Part shown: one piece after another, positions 8,465 through 20,550 of the stretch | Layout of the letters: every line of letters starts with the position of its first letter | Numbering within the stretch: the first letter of the stretch is position 1 | NCBI RefSeq assembly: GCF_964188315.1 | Contig: NC_135660.1 | Coordinates: forward strand, 51,026,001 to 51,090,000 | From: Podarcis muralis | Taxonomy: Eukaryota | Length of the DNA stretch: 64,000 bases | Reading direction: 5' to 3' | The notes under the pieces: generated by a model | Told to the model about the DNA's origin: nothing | The model's database searches: none | Seen by the model: only the letters and a program-made list of their open reading frames with translations | Position numbers and translations under genes: made by a program

Positions 8465-9066
8465 CGGGATATCAAGTAAGCAACTAAGCATTTGTGAATG
8501 GGGATAGATGGTGGTTTGCTGACAAAGAAAGAAGCAAATGAAGGGGTCTCAACCCCTAGCAGTAGACTTCCTTGCTGTGGACTGGCAGGGGAAAGTCTGT
8601 GGTTTGGCACTTATCCACACAGGCCAATGATTGAAAACCACTGGAACAGAGGCGTCTGGATATGTGAAGTTCATATCACTGTGGCTTGGATCTATTGTGG
8701 AATTAACATTCCAATCTGGACTGTGTTTGAACAGCTAGGATGGTTAAAATAGGTTTGGCACGTTAGGGGGATAAAGGAAGAAAGGATAGCAACAAAGACA
8801 AATTTATTTCAAAAAATGTTTCCAAGCTAATGATAATGTCTGAAATGATCTATCTTTCAAAAAGGCAATACCAGAGTATGAAACTGCCTGCCATAGAATA
8901 CTTTTAGATCTCTTCTTCCTTTGTTGTGCTAGAGGCAAAGTATTTGTGATTTGGTGAATTTTTGCCATGAAAGATACAAAATGAATTAGTTTCTTTTTGC
9001 ACTGAAGTGCATGGACACATCCTTTGCTCCTAAGAAGAGCTCATGCCCTCCCCCTCTCTTTAAGCG

Positions 9067-9108
9067 TACACACACACACACACACACACACATACACACA
9101 GAGAGAGA
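9067..9108. repeat. (CA)n/(GA)n microsatellite
   Basis: Direct reading. Confidence 0.9.
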
Positions 9109-10029
9109 GTTCCAAATGCTCCTATCCAATTAAAATCCTCTGCAGGTCTGTAAAGCTATTGACAACTTGTTCCATGTCACTAAACTTGGTTGGCTGCCCT
9201 GACTCCAGAAATAAAAATGCAGTGCTTCATAAATGATCTCAGCATTAATAAGAGCCAGGAGGGATGCCTTTTAGAGGTAACCAGGGTTTTTTTTACTAGG
9301 GATGTTTCATGCCATTGTTTTTCTTCTCTGCTAAATTGTCCTTTCTGCATCAGGCTTGAGAAGAGAGATCAATGCATGATGATGAAGAAAAAGAAGAATC
9401 AATGTTATTATTTCTGATTTACGCTGCTGTATATTGCAGCAGAAATTGCCCACAGAAGAAATTGTAGATTTCTAAAGTAAAGGTGGTCAGAAATTGGTAG
9501 TTTTAATCTTATTTTACTAATTTGTGCATTAGCATTTTAACTCCCTGTGTAGAACCACAATCTTGGTTGAAAGTAATAGATGGTTTTTTAAAAAGTGCTC
9601 ATTAAAGTCAATGCCAGTCTTTTTGGTTGACCGCTCAGAAAGCACCTGCCATTTGACTAATGGCTTTAGTGCTGAAATGTGAAGGTCATATGCTGTACGA
9701 AGTCACTGGGAAATCTTGCTGGGGAGAGAGGGTAGGGAATTCCAAGGTGGGTTTTGAATATTAGATACACTTTCAAACCCCTAGCTAAATATTGCCTGCT
9801 ATTGTTTGCAAAGGAACTCAGCTCATAAATAAATGGGGCTGCAACCTGATGCCTTACCCTTCCAGCGTAACTGCTCCATTTAAAAGTTCAGGACAGAACG
9901 AAGGGCATCCTTTCCAAACCATTTGCTTTGCTCCTTGCAAGGGGCACTGGATATCTTGGTTATAATTAATTCATTAGTGCATTCGCACTGGCCTCCTAAC
10001 AAATCTGCAGAGAACTAGGAGGAAGTCAG

Positions 10030-10122
10030 TGGATAAATAAGGAGGCACTTGGGCAAACACTCAAAATTCAGTCATTTATTTTCCCCACTAGCAGCTTTTA
10101 GAGAGAGAAGGTTATGAAGGGT

Positions 10123-10168
<46 letters not shown>

Positions 10169-10355
10169 TTAAAGCCTAATCCGTTCAGTCAGCGGTGTCG
10201 AGAGTAAAAGCTTCTTCTTCAGCTTGGTGTCGATGCTTGGTTGAGTCTTAAAGCTTCATGGTTTTTTGACACTGCATTGAATCTGAAGCTTTGATGTCTG
10301 AGGCTGCTGCCTTCACAGAGTAAATCACATTTTAAAGTTTATCAGTACAGTGAGT
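10030..10355 (+). promoter_or_regulatory. Possible host promoter / non-coding first exon
   Basis: TAAATAA at about 10034, (TG)n, several CpGs and very short uORFs, ending at ACA|GTGAGT (10350); no recognisable TE similarity. Confidence 0.3.
10127..10165. repeat. (TG)n microsatellite, about 19 units
   Basis: Direct reading. Confidence 0.95.
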
Positions 10356-11384
10356 ACTGTCTTCTCTCCCGCATACACATATACAGCCTCACCTTCCCAT
10401 TGCTTTTTCTTTTTGTGAGAGCACCCAGAGATATTTTCTTGGTATTAAATGTTTCTTCCGCTTACATCTTTTTCAGTGTCAGGTTGGCACTTTCCTTCCC
10501 AAAAAGTGGGATGATTTTTCTATCCTGGGTTTGAGAGGGCACAAGGGGAGGTGGAAAAAAGGCAGGAGGGGGACAGAGAATGTCTGGATAAACCAGAGTG
10601 CTTTTGTTTCCACTTGGGCCTGTCACCCTACTGTTTCCCTCTGTCTATGGCAAGGGACACAGGGCTCCTGTGATTTGCGCATTATATCCTTGTGGGATTC
10701 AGCATTTGAATAGACACTGCTGGTGGTCACAGATGGCCACTTTCAGCTGGAAAGATCTTCACAGGGAAATGTAATGATCACCTGAATACCTCCTTGTCAT
10801 GGCTTCCATGGAGTAGCTATCCTGTGTGGTCATGTTTCCTAAACGCCTTGTGTTTGTAGAGTCTCTCAGTGTGAATACTCCTGTGTTACGCATATCCAAT
10901 CCTCTAACAGAAAAAGTTATTCTGTAGATGACAGCACCATTGCAATTCCAAACTCCTCATTATTTGGCATTACTGTCTTTCCTCTCTTCTATCTCTGATC
11001 AGCAGCTCCTACTCCCTATTTACTCCCTTTTACCAGTCCCCATGGATGGTTAAATCTGCCCATTTTGGCTCCTCTCTATTTCTCATTTCTCCAGCCAATT
11101 TATAACATTTTCACATCAGTTTCCACTTTTAAAAAAGGTCCTAATGAAAATTCATCAGCATCTTAATGTGAATTTCTCTTAATATACAAATGTTTGCAAA
11201 GCGATTTCCTATAATATAATGCATTTTTATGTTATTTTCATGAGTATATGCATTTTTATGCACAATTTGGCCCAGTATAGGCATTGTTATACATATTACT
11301 TAGCTGGAGGACTGCATTGCACACTTCAGAAGAGTACGAAATATAGCTGGGTTTCCATTAACACATTGTTTCAGAAAGTGTGAA

Positions 11385-11495
11385 TTAGAACATAAGATGT
11401 GAACACAGGGACATAAGAAGAGCCTGTTGGATGAGGCTCATCTTTTCCATCATCCTGTTCTCACAGTGGTCAACCAGATGCCTGTGGGAAGCCTT
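11385..11495 (-). mobile_element. CR1-derived 3' fragment nested in an older DNA-element relic
   Basis: CATAAGAAGAGCCTG...ATCCTGTTCTCACAGTGGTCAACCAGATGCC is the reverse complement of the CR1-type tail at 57040-57320; the flanks GAAAGTGTGAATT / AGGTAGGTTTGCATT appear to join up. Confidence 0.6.
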
Positions 11496-14289
11496 AGGTA
11501 GGTTTGCATTTAAATTTGAACTTAATCAAATTTCCCCCACATCCCTACCAGCCCAACTTACCCCCGTTGGTAGCATCAACACTGTTTGGATGCTTCCATT
11601 TTTTTCAGCTGGCATTATGATTTCTGTCTGGAAAACATTCCTGATTAGAGGAGCATTTCCCCCAATGATTGGGTCAAGAGAACAGGTCTCACTTTGTTTC
11701 TTTGGTGTCCTATGTCACAAATCCATTAAAAGTTTTTTGGTTTTTTTAAACAATCTTTCCCCTTTGGCCTTTGAATAAATGGAACCTTTCCACTCAAGCT
11801 ATCATGTTCCCTTTCAGGGAGCATACATGAATTAGTCCCTCGGTGGCAGGAACTGTATGGTGCCATGTCTTTCCCCTCATTTCCTTTTTAACAGAGCTCG
11901 TTCTTTATCAGTCAGCCTTTACAGATGTAGGATATTCAGTCAACCCCTGCCACCTGCCATAGTTACTTCCGTAAAGAATCTATTTCCCTTATCTTCAGCA
12001 CCCTCTTGGTTACAGCTTGGCATAGTGCAGAACTCATACAAATGGGCAGGAGGAGGAACTCTTCCCCTCTTATTGCAGCATCCTCTCTCCAGATTTTGAT
12101 ATTCCAAGGGAGATTAGGCATGTCCCATCCCTGCAATATTTATTCTCTGCAACTTAAAAAAAAATGGTTTTAAAAGGGCTACTCCTGTAAAGTTATTTTT
12201 ATTTTTATTACACTGTGTTTAGGGCTGTATTGTTTTAAGGGTGAGGACTATTTTATAATGTCTTTGGCAGTTTTTCCAAGTTTTAAATTATGTGGTGTTT
12301 AAACACTGTTGCATGCTTAACTCATATTTGCCATAAGATGAGAAATGTTTTCTGAAAGGTGTAATTAAAATGTTAAATAAATAAATATGAGAACGTTTTG
12401 CTAATCATAGAGAACTCCTTTTAGCCACACCCAAAAAAAGTTCCAGTTGTTTCATCTAAGGAACAGGGACCCTCAAATTTAGATCCTATGTAATATCCAC
12501 CATGTGAAAGTCTCTAGAAGTATTCCTGAATGGCAGTGGCTCCATAGAGGAGGCATAATAACTGAAAGCTCTAGGCAGGAATGTTGCCCCTCCAAATGTT
12601 GTTTGACTCCAGTTCCCAGCAGGATCAGCCAGAATTGCCAATTGCCAATGGGTCAATATTGATGGGAAATGTAGTCCAACAATATTGGGGGCGAGGGCAA
12701 AAGTTCCTCACTTCTGCTTTATGGAAATATTGCCACAGACTCCTAGTACTTCAGAGCTGTGCTAGTGTGGAGACTCTCCTCAGAGTTGGTATGATCTCTG
12801 CGGCAAACTGCTCTCAAATATTAGACATTCTGTATCAAACCACTATCACAGGAAAAATGTGTCTCCAGATGGCAGCTATGAGATGGCATATTGAGGAAAA
12901 ACACTAACCGTTCATATTCACAAGCAGGGAACTTCATTAGCAACGACCATTTGTGGTGTGAAACTGATAACGGAATTGACAGGAACTGTTTTACTGGACA
13001 AGACCTATAATTAGGGTATTAGATTGTCTTGGTGTTTAAAAACTGTTTATTATCATGGGCTGGCAATGTACTTTGCTGACATAAAACCTGAACTAACCTT
13101 CACAGATAGTGTTGTATACAACTCATGGAAGGAACTATCATCTTGCTCACTATTTTTTATGGGAGCAGTCATCATACATTATGAAAAATGATGTGCATCC
13201 TCCAATAAATCATATTTTCCTTGATGACATATGTCACTTTAGAGTGACAAAGGAAAGGGGGCATTTGGAACAGGGAGACACAACATGGGGATAATGGATG
13301 GCTCCCTATCTCTTAATTTTTGGTGCTTAGCACACATTGACAATGATCTCTAATGTTCAGATAATGGCATGCATTTCTCTATTGGAATTAAGGCCTAATT
13401 TGCTGTGTCTGAAAAAGTACAGCCTCAAAAGCTGGCATTCCAGGACTGTTAAATATAGAAAAGACAACAACAGCACCAGGTTGGCTTTGGCAACTGTCTT
13501 TTTGGAGCCAACATTATCGTTACATGGGATTAGTTCTCCAATGTGTCTCACTTTGCACTTATCCACATTTGAATTTCATTCGCGGTTTTGTTAAGTTGCT
13601 CCCTTCGTTTCAATTATCTTTATATAGCACTTTGCAGCCTGCTTTCAACTTACAAGCTTTGAATGACCCTGATCTACTGATCAGTTAAAGTCACCCTGCT
13701 CATCTGATTCAGTTCATTTAGCATATGGTTTTAGTTCATCTGGCTGCAATCTTTTCTGATCACTCTAATATTAGCTTTGCATCAATTCCTTGGAGAAAGA
13801 AAAAAACAAAAAACCCACTCCTTTTCATAACCTTAAAGCCACCAGAGGACTTGGACTACTGCATGCAGAGTTGCATGGACAGCTGCAACATTGAGGAGTT
13901 AAAAGTAAGCCATGTGAGGAGGACTGTTCATAGCCCCGACCCTGGGCCCTCCCATCAACATCAGCAGTGCAGTAAAAATGTTCCTATGAAGAATCAGATT
14001 TAGCGGGTGCACAGAGAGAGGAGGGGATAGAATATTCTGTTGCACTACATTCACCTTATAATTAATTATAATTAATTAAAACAGCAGAACTACATGTTTA
14101 AAATCAGGACAACCCACTTAGCAGAGAACAGGAGAATAAAACATGCCAGCGCTAAATATTTAAAACTGGTGCAAAGCTGAAAATTTTCACAAAGCTAAAA
14201 CAATGCGAGGCGCAGCATAATAAAGATTTAAAAGGCCTGAGACCATAGAAGGTATTGGCCTGATATATACAGTAGGTTTTAAAGTAAGC

Positions 14290-14375
14290 AACAAGTGGGC
14301 CCTTCTGGGGGCAGCATTCCACAACTCAGGGACCACTATTGAAAAGGACCTTTCTCTATCATTCACCATATTTCA
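14290..14375 (-). mobile_element. Old L2 LINE fragment
   Basis: Translates as ERSFSIVVPELWNAAP, matching the L2 ORF2 C-terminal motif RAFSVAAPxLWNxLP. Confidence 0.6.
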
Positions 14376-16256
14376 TTTGGGTACTTGGAAGGAAGTGTCA
14401 GACAAGGATATCAAGGAACAGTAGGCAATGTGAGAACAGGGAATTCTTCTGATAGTGAAGTACAATGGTGTCGTGGTAAACTTTGAAGTATAGGAACTCA
14501 TCATGACAGCCTCCATAGCTATACCCTAACAAGAGTCCAACACTAAAGGCAAATATGTTGATCCATTATTATACTCAAACACATACACATCAAAGAGTAG
14601 CATTACATAATACAAGATCCAATTTATTAGAATCTGCATGACTGCAGTCCTAAAAATTGTTTCCCAGTTTGAAGTAAACATCATTGAAATCAATATCCTT
14701 TCTACTGACTGCATAGGTTCAGCTTGAGAAACCCACTGAGCTTCAACAAAAGATCTTCAACCAGCTGAAATGCAACCTTAAGCTTTCAGTCAGAAATGCA
14801 AAACACACAAATAGGTGTTGCAGTTAAAATGCAAGCCTGAAGTAGGAGCCCAATAAAAGAAAAGGAAAGAAGCATCTAGCCTCTGACTTCTTCTATGTTA
14901 ATTGGTCACATCCAAATTTGAATTCACTCATTCACTTGCTGGAGCAAAGAGGGTCTGTCAGTTACCATGGTTCTCAGGCAAATCACTTGTCATTGCTACT
15001 GCTCTGAAAAAAGGTCTTGGAGCTATATTCCTCTGCAACCCTCCCACCATAACACTGCTGAAGTCACAAACTGCAAAGGGCTTTAAAGGTCAAAACTAGC
15101 ACTTCGAATTAGGTCCGGAGAAGGACTGGGTACCAGTGAAAAGGATAAGACAAAATGTTTGTAACACTTGATACCCGTTAATATATTTGCCGATATTCTG
15201 AGGTATCATTTCCACCTCAGGAACAAGCAGTGTGGAGTTCTAATTGCACCAGCCTGTGGCAAGGTGGCTGACCTGCAAAATTTACATGCTACATTCAGCC
15301 TAAGTTGCAGCAAGTGCCTACCTAGTCCTAGTGTCTACATTTTGAGGTGAAATGTCTAAAGTTTATCAAGCCTGCATTCAGTGTACGACACTGGCACTGC
15401 TCACTCACCCTGGGTTTACTTGCTTGACACATAACATAGGCTTACTTATTTCCACAGCCAACACACATTGAGGGAATAGTGAAAATGGGCCCTCATTATA
15501 TTGGTTCAACAGAAGGGAAGTTGCTATTTCAGCAACACCAGCATTGGAGTTTTCATTTCACAGCAGCAGCACAAGCCCTGGTACTGCAGTGTCCTAGCAT
15601 GGGAACACTTATCATTAACCACATGACCTCCAGCAGCAGGAACTAACTGATGACTGGGATATTATGCATCAGGTTGCTGTCCTTCCATTATTTCCACCAC
15701 ATAAAAGGCCATTAAGGGATACTGAAAAGTGCCACTACCACCCCATCCCACTTCTCATTTCTCTTCATTTAAAAATTGACCATTATGACTGCTTCCTATC
15801 GCCTATCTTTTGATCAGTTGCAGATCTAGGGTTAGGGAATTTGCTTTTCAGACATAGTTCCATGCTTAGTGTAGTGCTTGAAACATAATTTGATGATTCA
15901 CCTAATTAATGGACCTGTTATTAATTGTTCTCTAAATCTTGGCGGTAAATTGTTTTATGTAAAGAAGGTTTAGAGATTTTGGGGGTGGGGGGGAGGTTTG
16001 ACTGCCTTTACTTCTTTTGTTTATTTGTTTATTAAAATTATAGATTGTATTTTTAACATTTTTTTGTTGTAAACTGTTCAGGTAATATTTATGGCCAGCT
16101 GTATAATAATAATAAGTAGTAGTAGTAGTATATACAACTTTTATTGATGCTATGCTACCTACTATTTCTCTGCCTAAGAAAGCAGTCTTAGTGTAAATTT
16201 ACATGCTGAAGCCATGTCAACTGCAATGTGGCAACAACATCAATTTTTTATGTATA

Positions 16257-16441
16257 CAGTGGAACCTTGGGTTGCGGACGTAATCTGTGACGGAGGCACG
16301 TCTGCAACCCACAGCGTTTGCATCCTGCGCATGCGCAAGCGGCAAAACCCGGAAGTAACCCATTCCGGTTCTTCCAGGTTTTCCACGGTCTGCAGCCTGA
16401 AAACATGTAACCTGAAGCGTCCATAACATGAGGTATGACTG
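16257..16441. mobile_element. Tc1/mariner (Tigger-type) MITE, shortened copy
   Basis: TA target duplication; CAGT...ACTG termini; interior homologous to 38093-38339. Confidence 0.85.
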
Positions 16442-19400
16442 TATAGGAAAAAATAATCTGCTACCAAGCATTTATAAAATTCAAGAAAATATTCCAGGGA
16501 ATCATCCATCAAGGCATCCAAGGCATGATCTCATAGAAGCTTCATGGAGAAGTTTCAGGTGACCAGTCAATAGACAAAACTGTTATGCTTAGAGAAAAAT
16601 GACTGTTTAAGATCCTGAAAGATAAAAGCTAGGAAGAAATCTTAATACAGGCTATCTCAATGTGTGGTTGAGTCAGGCCAGAATGACCAGTAATAGGTTT
16701 TGGTAACCTAATCTCTCTCCCACCCCCACCCCACCTCTGTTTTTTGTAGAAAAGCTCTTTGGTAATATGAATGCTGCTTCATCATACAGCTTCATTACTG
16801 AGGGCAATCAACTTCTGTGTTGTATTTACTGTACAATTTTTGATTTATGGATTGTATGGGGACACTGCATTTGCTATTGAGTAATGGCTTCTTCCACCCA
16901 TAATGCCCCATCCTCTTGCCTTAGGGGCCTTCTAAGGGGCCTACTGACAGAAGAATTCTGAGGGAGGTTCTGAACCTCTGAGTCTTGGTATAAAAGCAGA
17001 GTTGGGGATGTTGCTAGGTATCAACACGATCAGCTTTGGGGCTACTTAGGGATGTGAAAGTGTATGAAAAAGTAAATAAATAGCTAGACTATGACTATAT
17101 CAGTGCAGTTGGTCATCACTCCATATGCTCCATCACTCCACATTGACACCATGGCTGTCTTCAAGTAAGTTACTCCAGGGTTTTGAAGTGGTCCCACTGA
17201 TTTTGATGTAGTTATTCAAAAATTACTTGTTTGGATCTTATTGATATATGTTGTAAAGCAGTCTGAGTTGTAATAGTGATGGAAGTGCTTATGCATTATG
17301 TGAATGCCATAACTGACCTGCTTCACATGTTTGGTGAGTCAACCAGATCGCTTATAAAAGCACCTCTGCAGCCAACAAGCATGTGGTCTGGTTGGAATCA
17401 CATTGAAGCAATGTTCATAAAAACCAGACTACTGCATAGGATTTGGTTCAGTCCTAGCTCATATGGTGGATTCATATGGTCGGGGCAGGCGCCAATGGTT
17501 GCTGACAAGCTCCTAGCTGCTCAGGATCATATGGAGCAATCTTTTGGGGGTGGGGGTGGAATGAAACTTCCATGATGAGGACCTGTGATCAGACCTAGTG
17601 TCCTGAGATACTTTACATTTGTGCAAGGTGATTGGTGGGGACAGTGAAAACATCCCAACACTTTCCCTCTTCTGGTTGCTAGTGTACATAGCAATGTCTT
17701 CTTCCCCTACTCCTTTGAAGAGCTTATTGTTGGTAGCTCCATGTCTGCATAATGACCTCCATACAAAACAGCAGCTCACCCCAAGGATCCTTATTTTATA
17801 GGTTGATTATTTTATTGTTTCTGTTAATTCCACAGTATGCTTTTATATTCTCTTATTTTTGTCCACCGCCCTGCAGCCTTTTGTGGTGAAGGACAATATA
17901 CGAATAAACAAATAAAGCTTGATACCTTTTACCACTGAAAATAGATAATCTGACCTGCTATTTTCACAGTTTTAAGATATGGAACTCTGGAGTATATTTA
18001 CTTCGTATTCTTCCTGGCCCAAAATATTTCCACCTCTAGAATGGCTTGGATCCTTAGATGTCTCATGCAATAGAAGTGTTGCTAAATGGGGGAGGGGGGG
18101 AAAGGCCAGAGCCTAATGTACAGGCACAGGAAGAGAGCCTAATACATTTTCTGGCAATCATTGGCGGAGCTGAAAATTCAAGCATCTTTGCAGACTTAAC
18201 TCTCACAATAAGGAATCAATTACAAACAATTTTGGACACTAGGCTAAGTGCTCTCAAGTTTTTATGGGTTTTTTTTTAATGGTAAACTAGTATTTTAGCC
18301 TTTGCTCTGTTTAGCTTTTTAAAGTGTCTTTGTGGGCTGGTGTTTTCAATAATTGAAGCAATATCCAAATACTCAGAGGAGACCCATCAAAATCAATGGA
18401 TTTATGTTACTAAGTCTATTGATTCAACAGGTCTATCTTGAATGCAGCTCATGTTAGATATAACCTTTGGGCTTTATGATAGGGGTGGGGAAGGTCTTGC
18501 CCACAAGTCAAATACAGCCCATACTCCTCACCAACTGCATGCCACACCCTGAAGTGATTTTGCCTGGTTGAAATGTTTCCTTGAACTTAGTTAATGCTTC
18601 TTGCTTTAGGTGGATTGAAAGGTGGGGACGGGGGGCACAGAAACCTCTGGGTTTTTCATAGCTGGGATATAGCCTACTGTGCAACTGTAAGAGTTACATT
18701 GGCTGGGGCACTCCCCTCTGCCTCTGACCCCCATTCACCACTAGCATGCAACCCGGGTGTGGTGGGGCTCCCTACAGAGGAATGCAGTCCTTGTGCAGAA
18801 AAAGGTCCCCTACAATTGTTTTATGGCATGCCCCTCCCTGGTATCAGTACAGATTAAGGTTGGTCTATAAACATTTTTAATAACAAACAAACATACAAAT
18901 GAATAGCTGCTGAGGTGCACTCACCATTCTGAAGCCTGAGGAGCCGACGCTGATCCATCTCCAGCTGTTGCCGTTGACTATGGACAACAAAGTACATGGC
19001 AGCTGAGTGGATATAAAGGCGAGCCATTTCCTCTTCCCCAGCAGAACACAGCTGAGACAGTCGGTAGTCTTTTCTCTCAGTTGTTTGGAGGCAAATGGGT
19101 AGTTGGCTGGAGGTGATCATCTGGCTGTGGGATACTGTGGCAGGATAATAAGGCAGGTTCACTTCCTGAAAGGGATTATGGCTTGAAGGCAGTTGAAAAC
19201 TGGCTGGTGGGAGGTTTTGAATGTATGTGCGTGAAGATGATCCGTGAAAGGAAACTGGTGGATATTCATGAATAGATGAACCCATGCAAGGTGGCAGGCT
19301 GAAGATAGCGGGCGAAGTTGCCAAGCAGAAGCTGGTGGAGCAATCTGGGTAAGAGCTTATTTTCTCTGTGCTCTTTTCTCCTGTGGATGTGTGAAGCCAG

Positions 19401-20299
19401 TCCAGTGTGAAGCTTTCTTAAAACCACACATGAAAGCAATGCAGAGGACCACAGGGCCATAAGCGGGTGAGGCTTTGTCAATACACGCCCCCCCCCCCAT
19501 TCTCCTGTGAAAGCAATGAAGAGCGCTGCAGGGCCTAAGTGCAAGCCACCTTATCTTTCTAAATAAATATATCCCTGTCCCTCACAAATGTCCATTCCAT
19601 CTTTTTCTTCAAAGACTGATAACCTACGATCAAAAGCCTGAGTTTAGTATGGGCTATAAATATTTTTAATAATTATCAAATCATTGCTGAGGTGCCACCA
19701 CAATTCTCAGGCCTAGCTAGCTAGGGAGGTTGTGCTGATGCCTCCTCAGCTGTTGCCGTTAGCTACAGGCGGCCTATGATGTCACAAAAAGGACACAGCG
19801 GCTGAGGGGAAAATGGCAGTTACTAGTGGGAGGAGGGGAGGAGGGAGGGACCAGCACCAGGAGAAGCAGGCTGAAGGGAAGCTGTGGCAGCGGAGGCTTG
19901 GCTCCTTCCTTTCAGCTTGAGTTGCCAACTTTTTGTGCTCTGAGGGCTCTTGAACCCGTCATACCTGTAAAACAAATGAACACACTGCTTTTGTCACTGT
20001 GTGGTCTCCATCGCAAATAAATTTAGGATTCCCTATGGTTTGAGTAGTTCTCTTTTAGTTGAAATATGTCTGCCGGGCCTAGTAAGGTGCTTGCCTCAGG
20101 ATCAATCAATGTGAACATGTATTTTATTTAAAGTCATTTATAAACTGCTTCATTTTAAAACAAAACATACACACACAGCACACATTGTAAAAGCAATACA
20201 TCTTAAACAAGAATCCAGCACAAAATTGGTAAAACAGTAGTATAAATGCATGTTGAAAACAGAATTTCGGAGAATTCAGACAAATAAAAACAAGGTCCT

Positions 20300-20550
20300 A
20301 TATCTTTTTTACTTTTTAAATAAATTTTATTGAATACAAAAAAGAATATCAAATAAAATACAGAACAAATTTCATACATAGACACATAAACATAATGTAT
20401 ACATCTATAAACCAATATTCAGAAAGAAGGGGGGGAAAGAGGGGGGAAAGAATAAACGGAGAAAAGAAGAAAGGAGTAAAAGAAGAAAGAAAGATTTAAA
20501 ATAGAAATTTAGAAAATACAAAAGTGTTCGCCACAAACAACAGTTCTATC
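20300..20550 (-). mobile_element. Probable L1-type LINE 3' end (5'-truncated)
   Basis: On the minus strand a T-rich/pyrimidine 3' UTR, AATAAA and A-rich tail follow a short LWRTLLYFL stretch resembling L1 ORF2 ends; no TSD found. Confidence 0.45.

Noticed and set aside
14056-14071. Perfect 16-nt palindrome TTATAATTAATTATAA
   Set aside because: AT-only, arises from a 10-mer tandem duplication in AT-rich DNA; no supporting context
18854-19324. 156-aa minus-strand ORF
   Set aside because: Low-complexity S/P/Q composition, no domain motif, overlaps decayed repeats, no splice context
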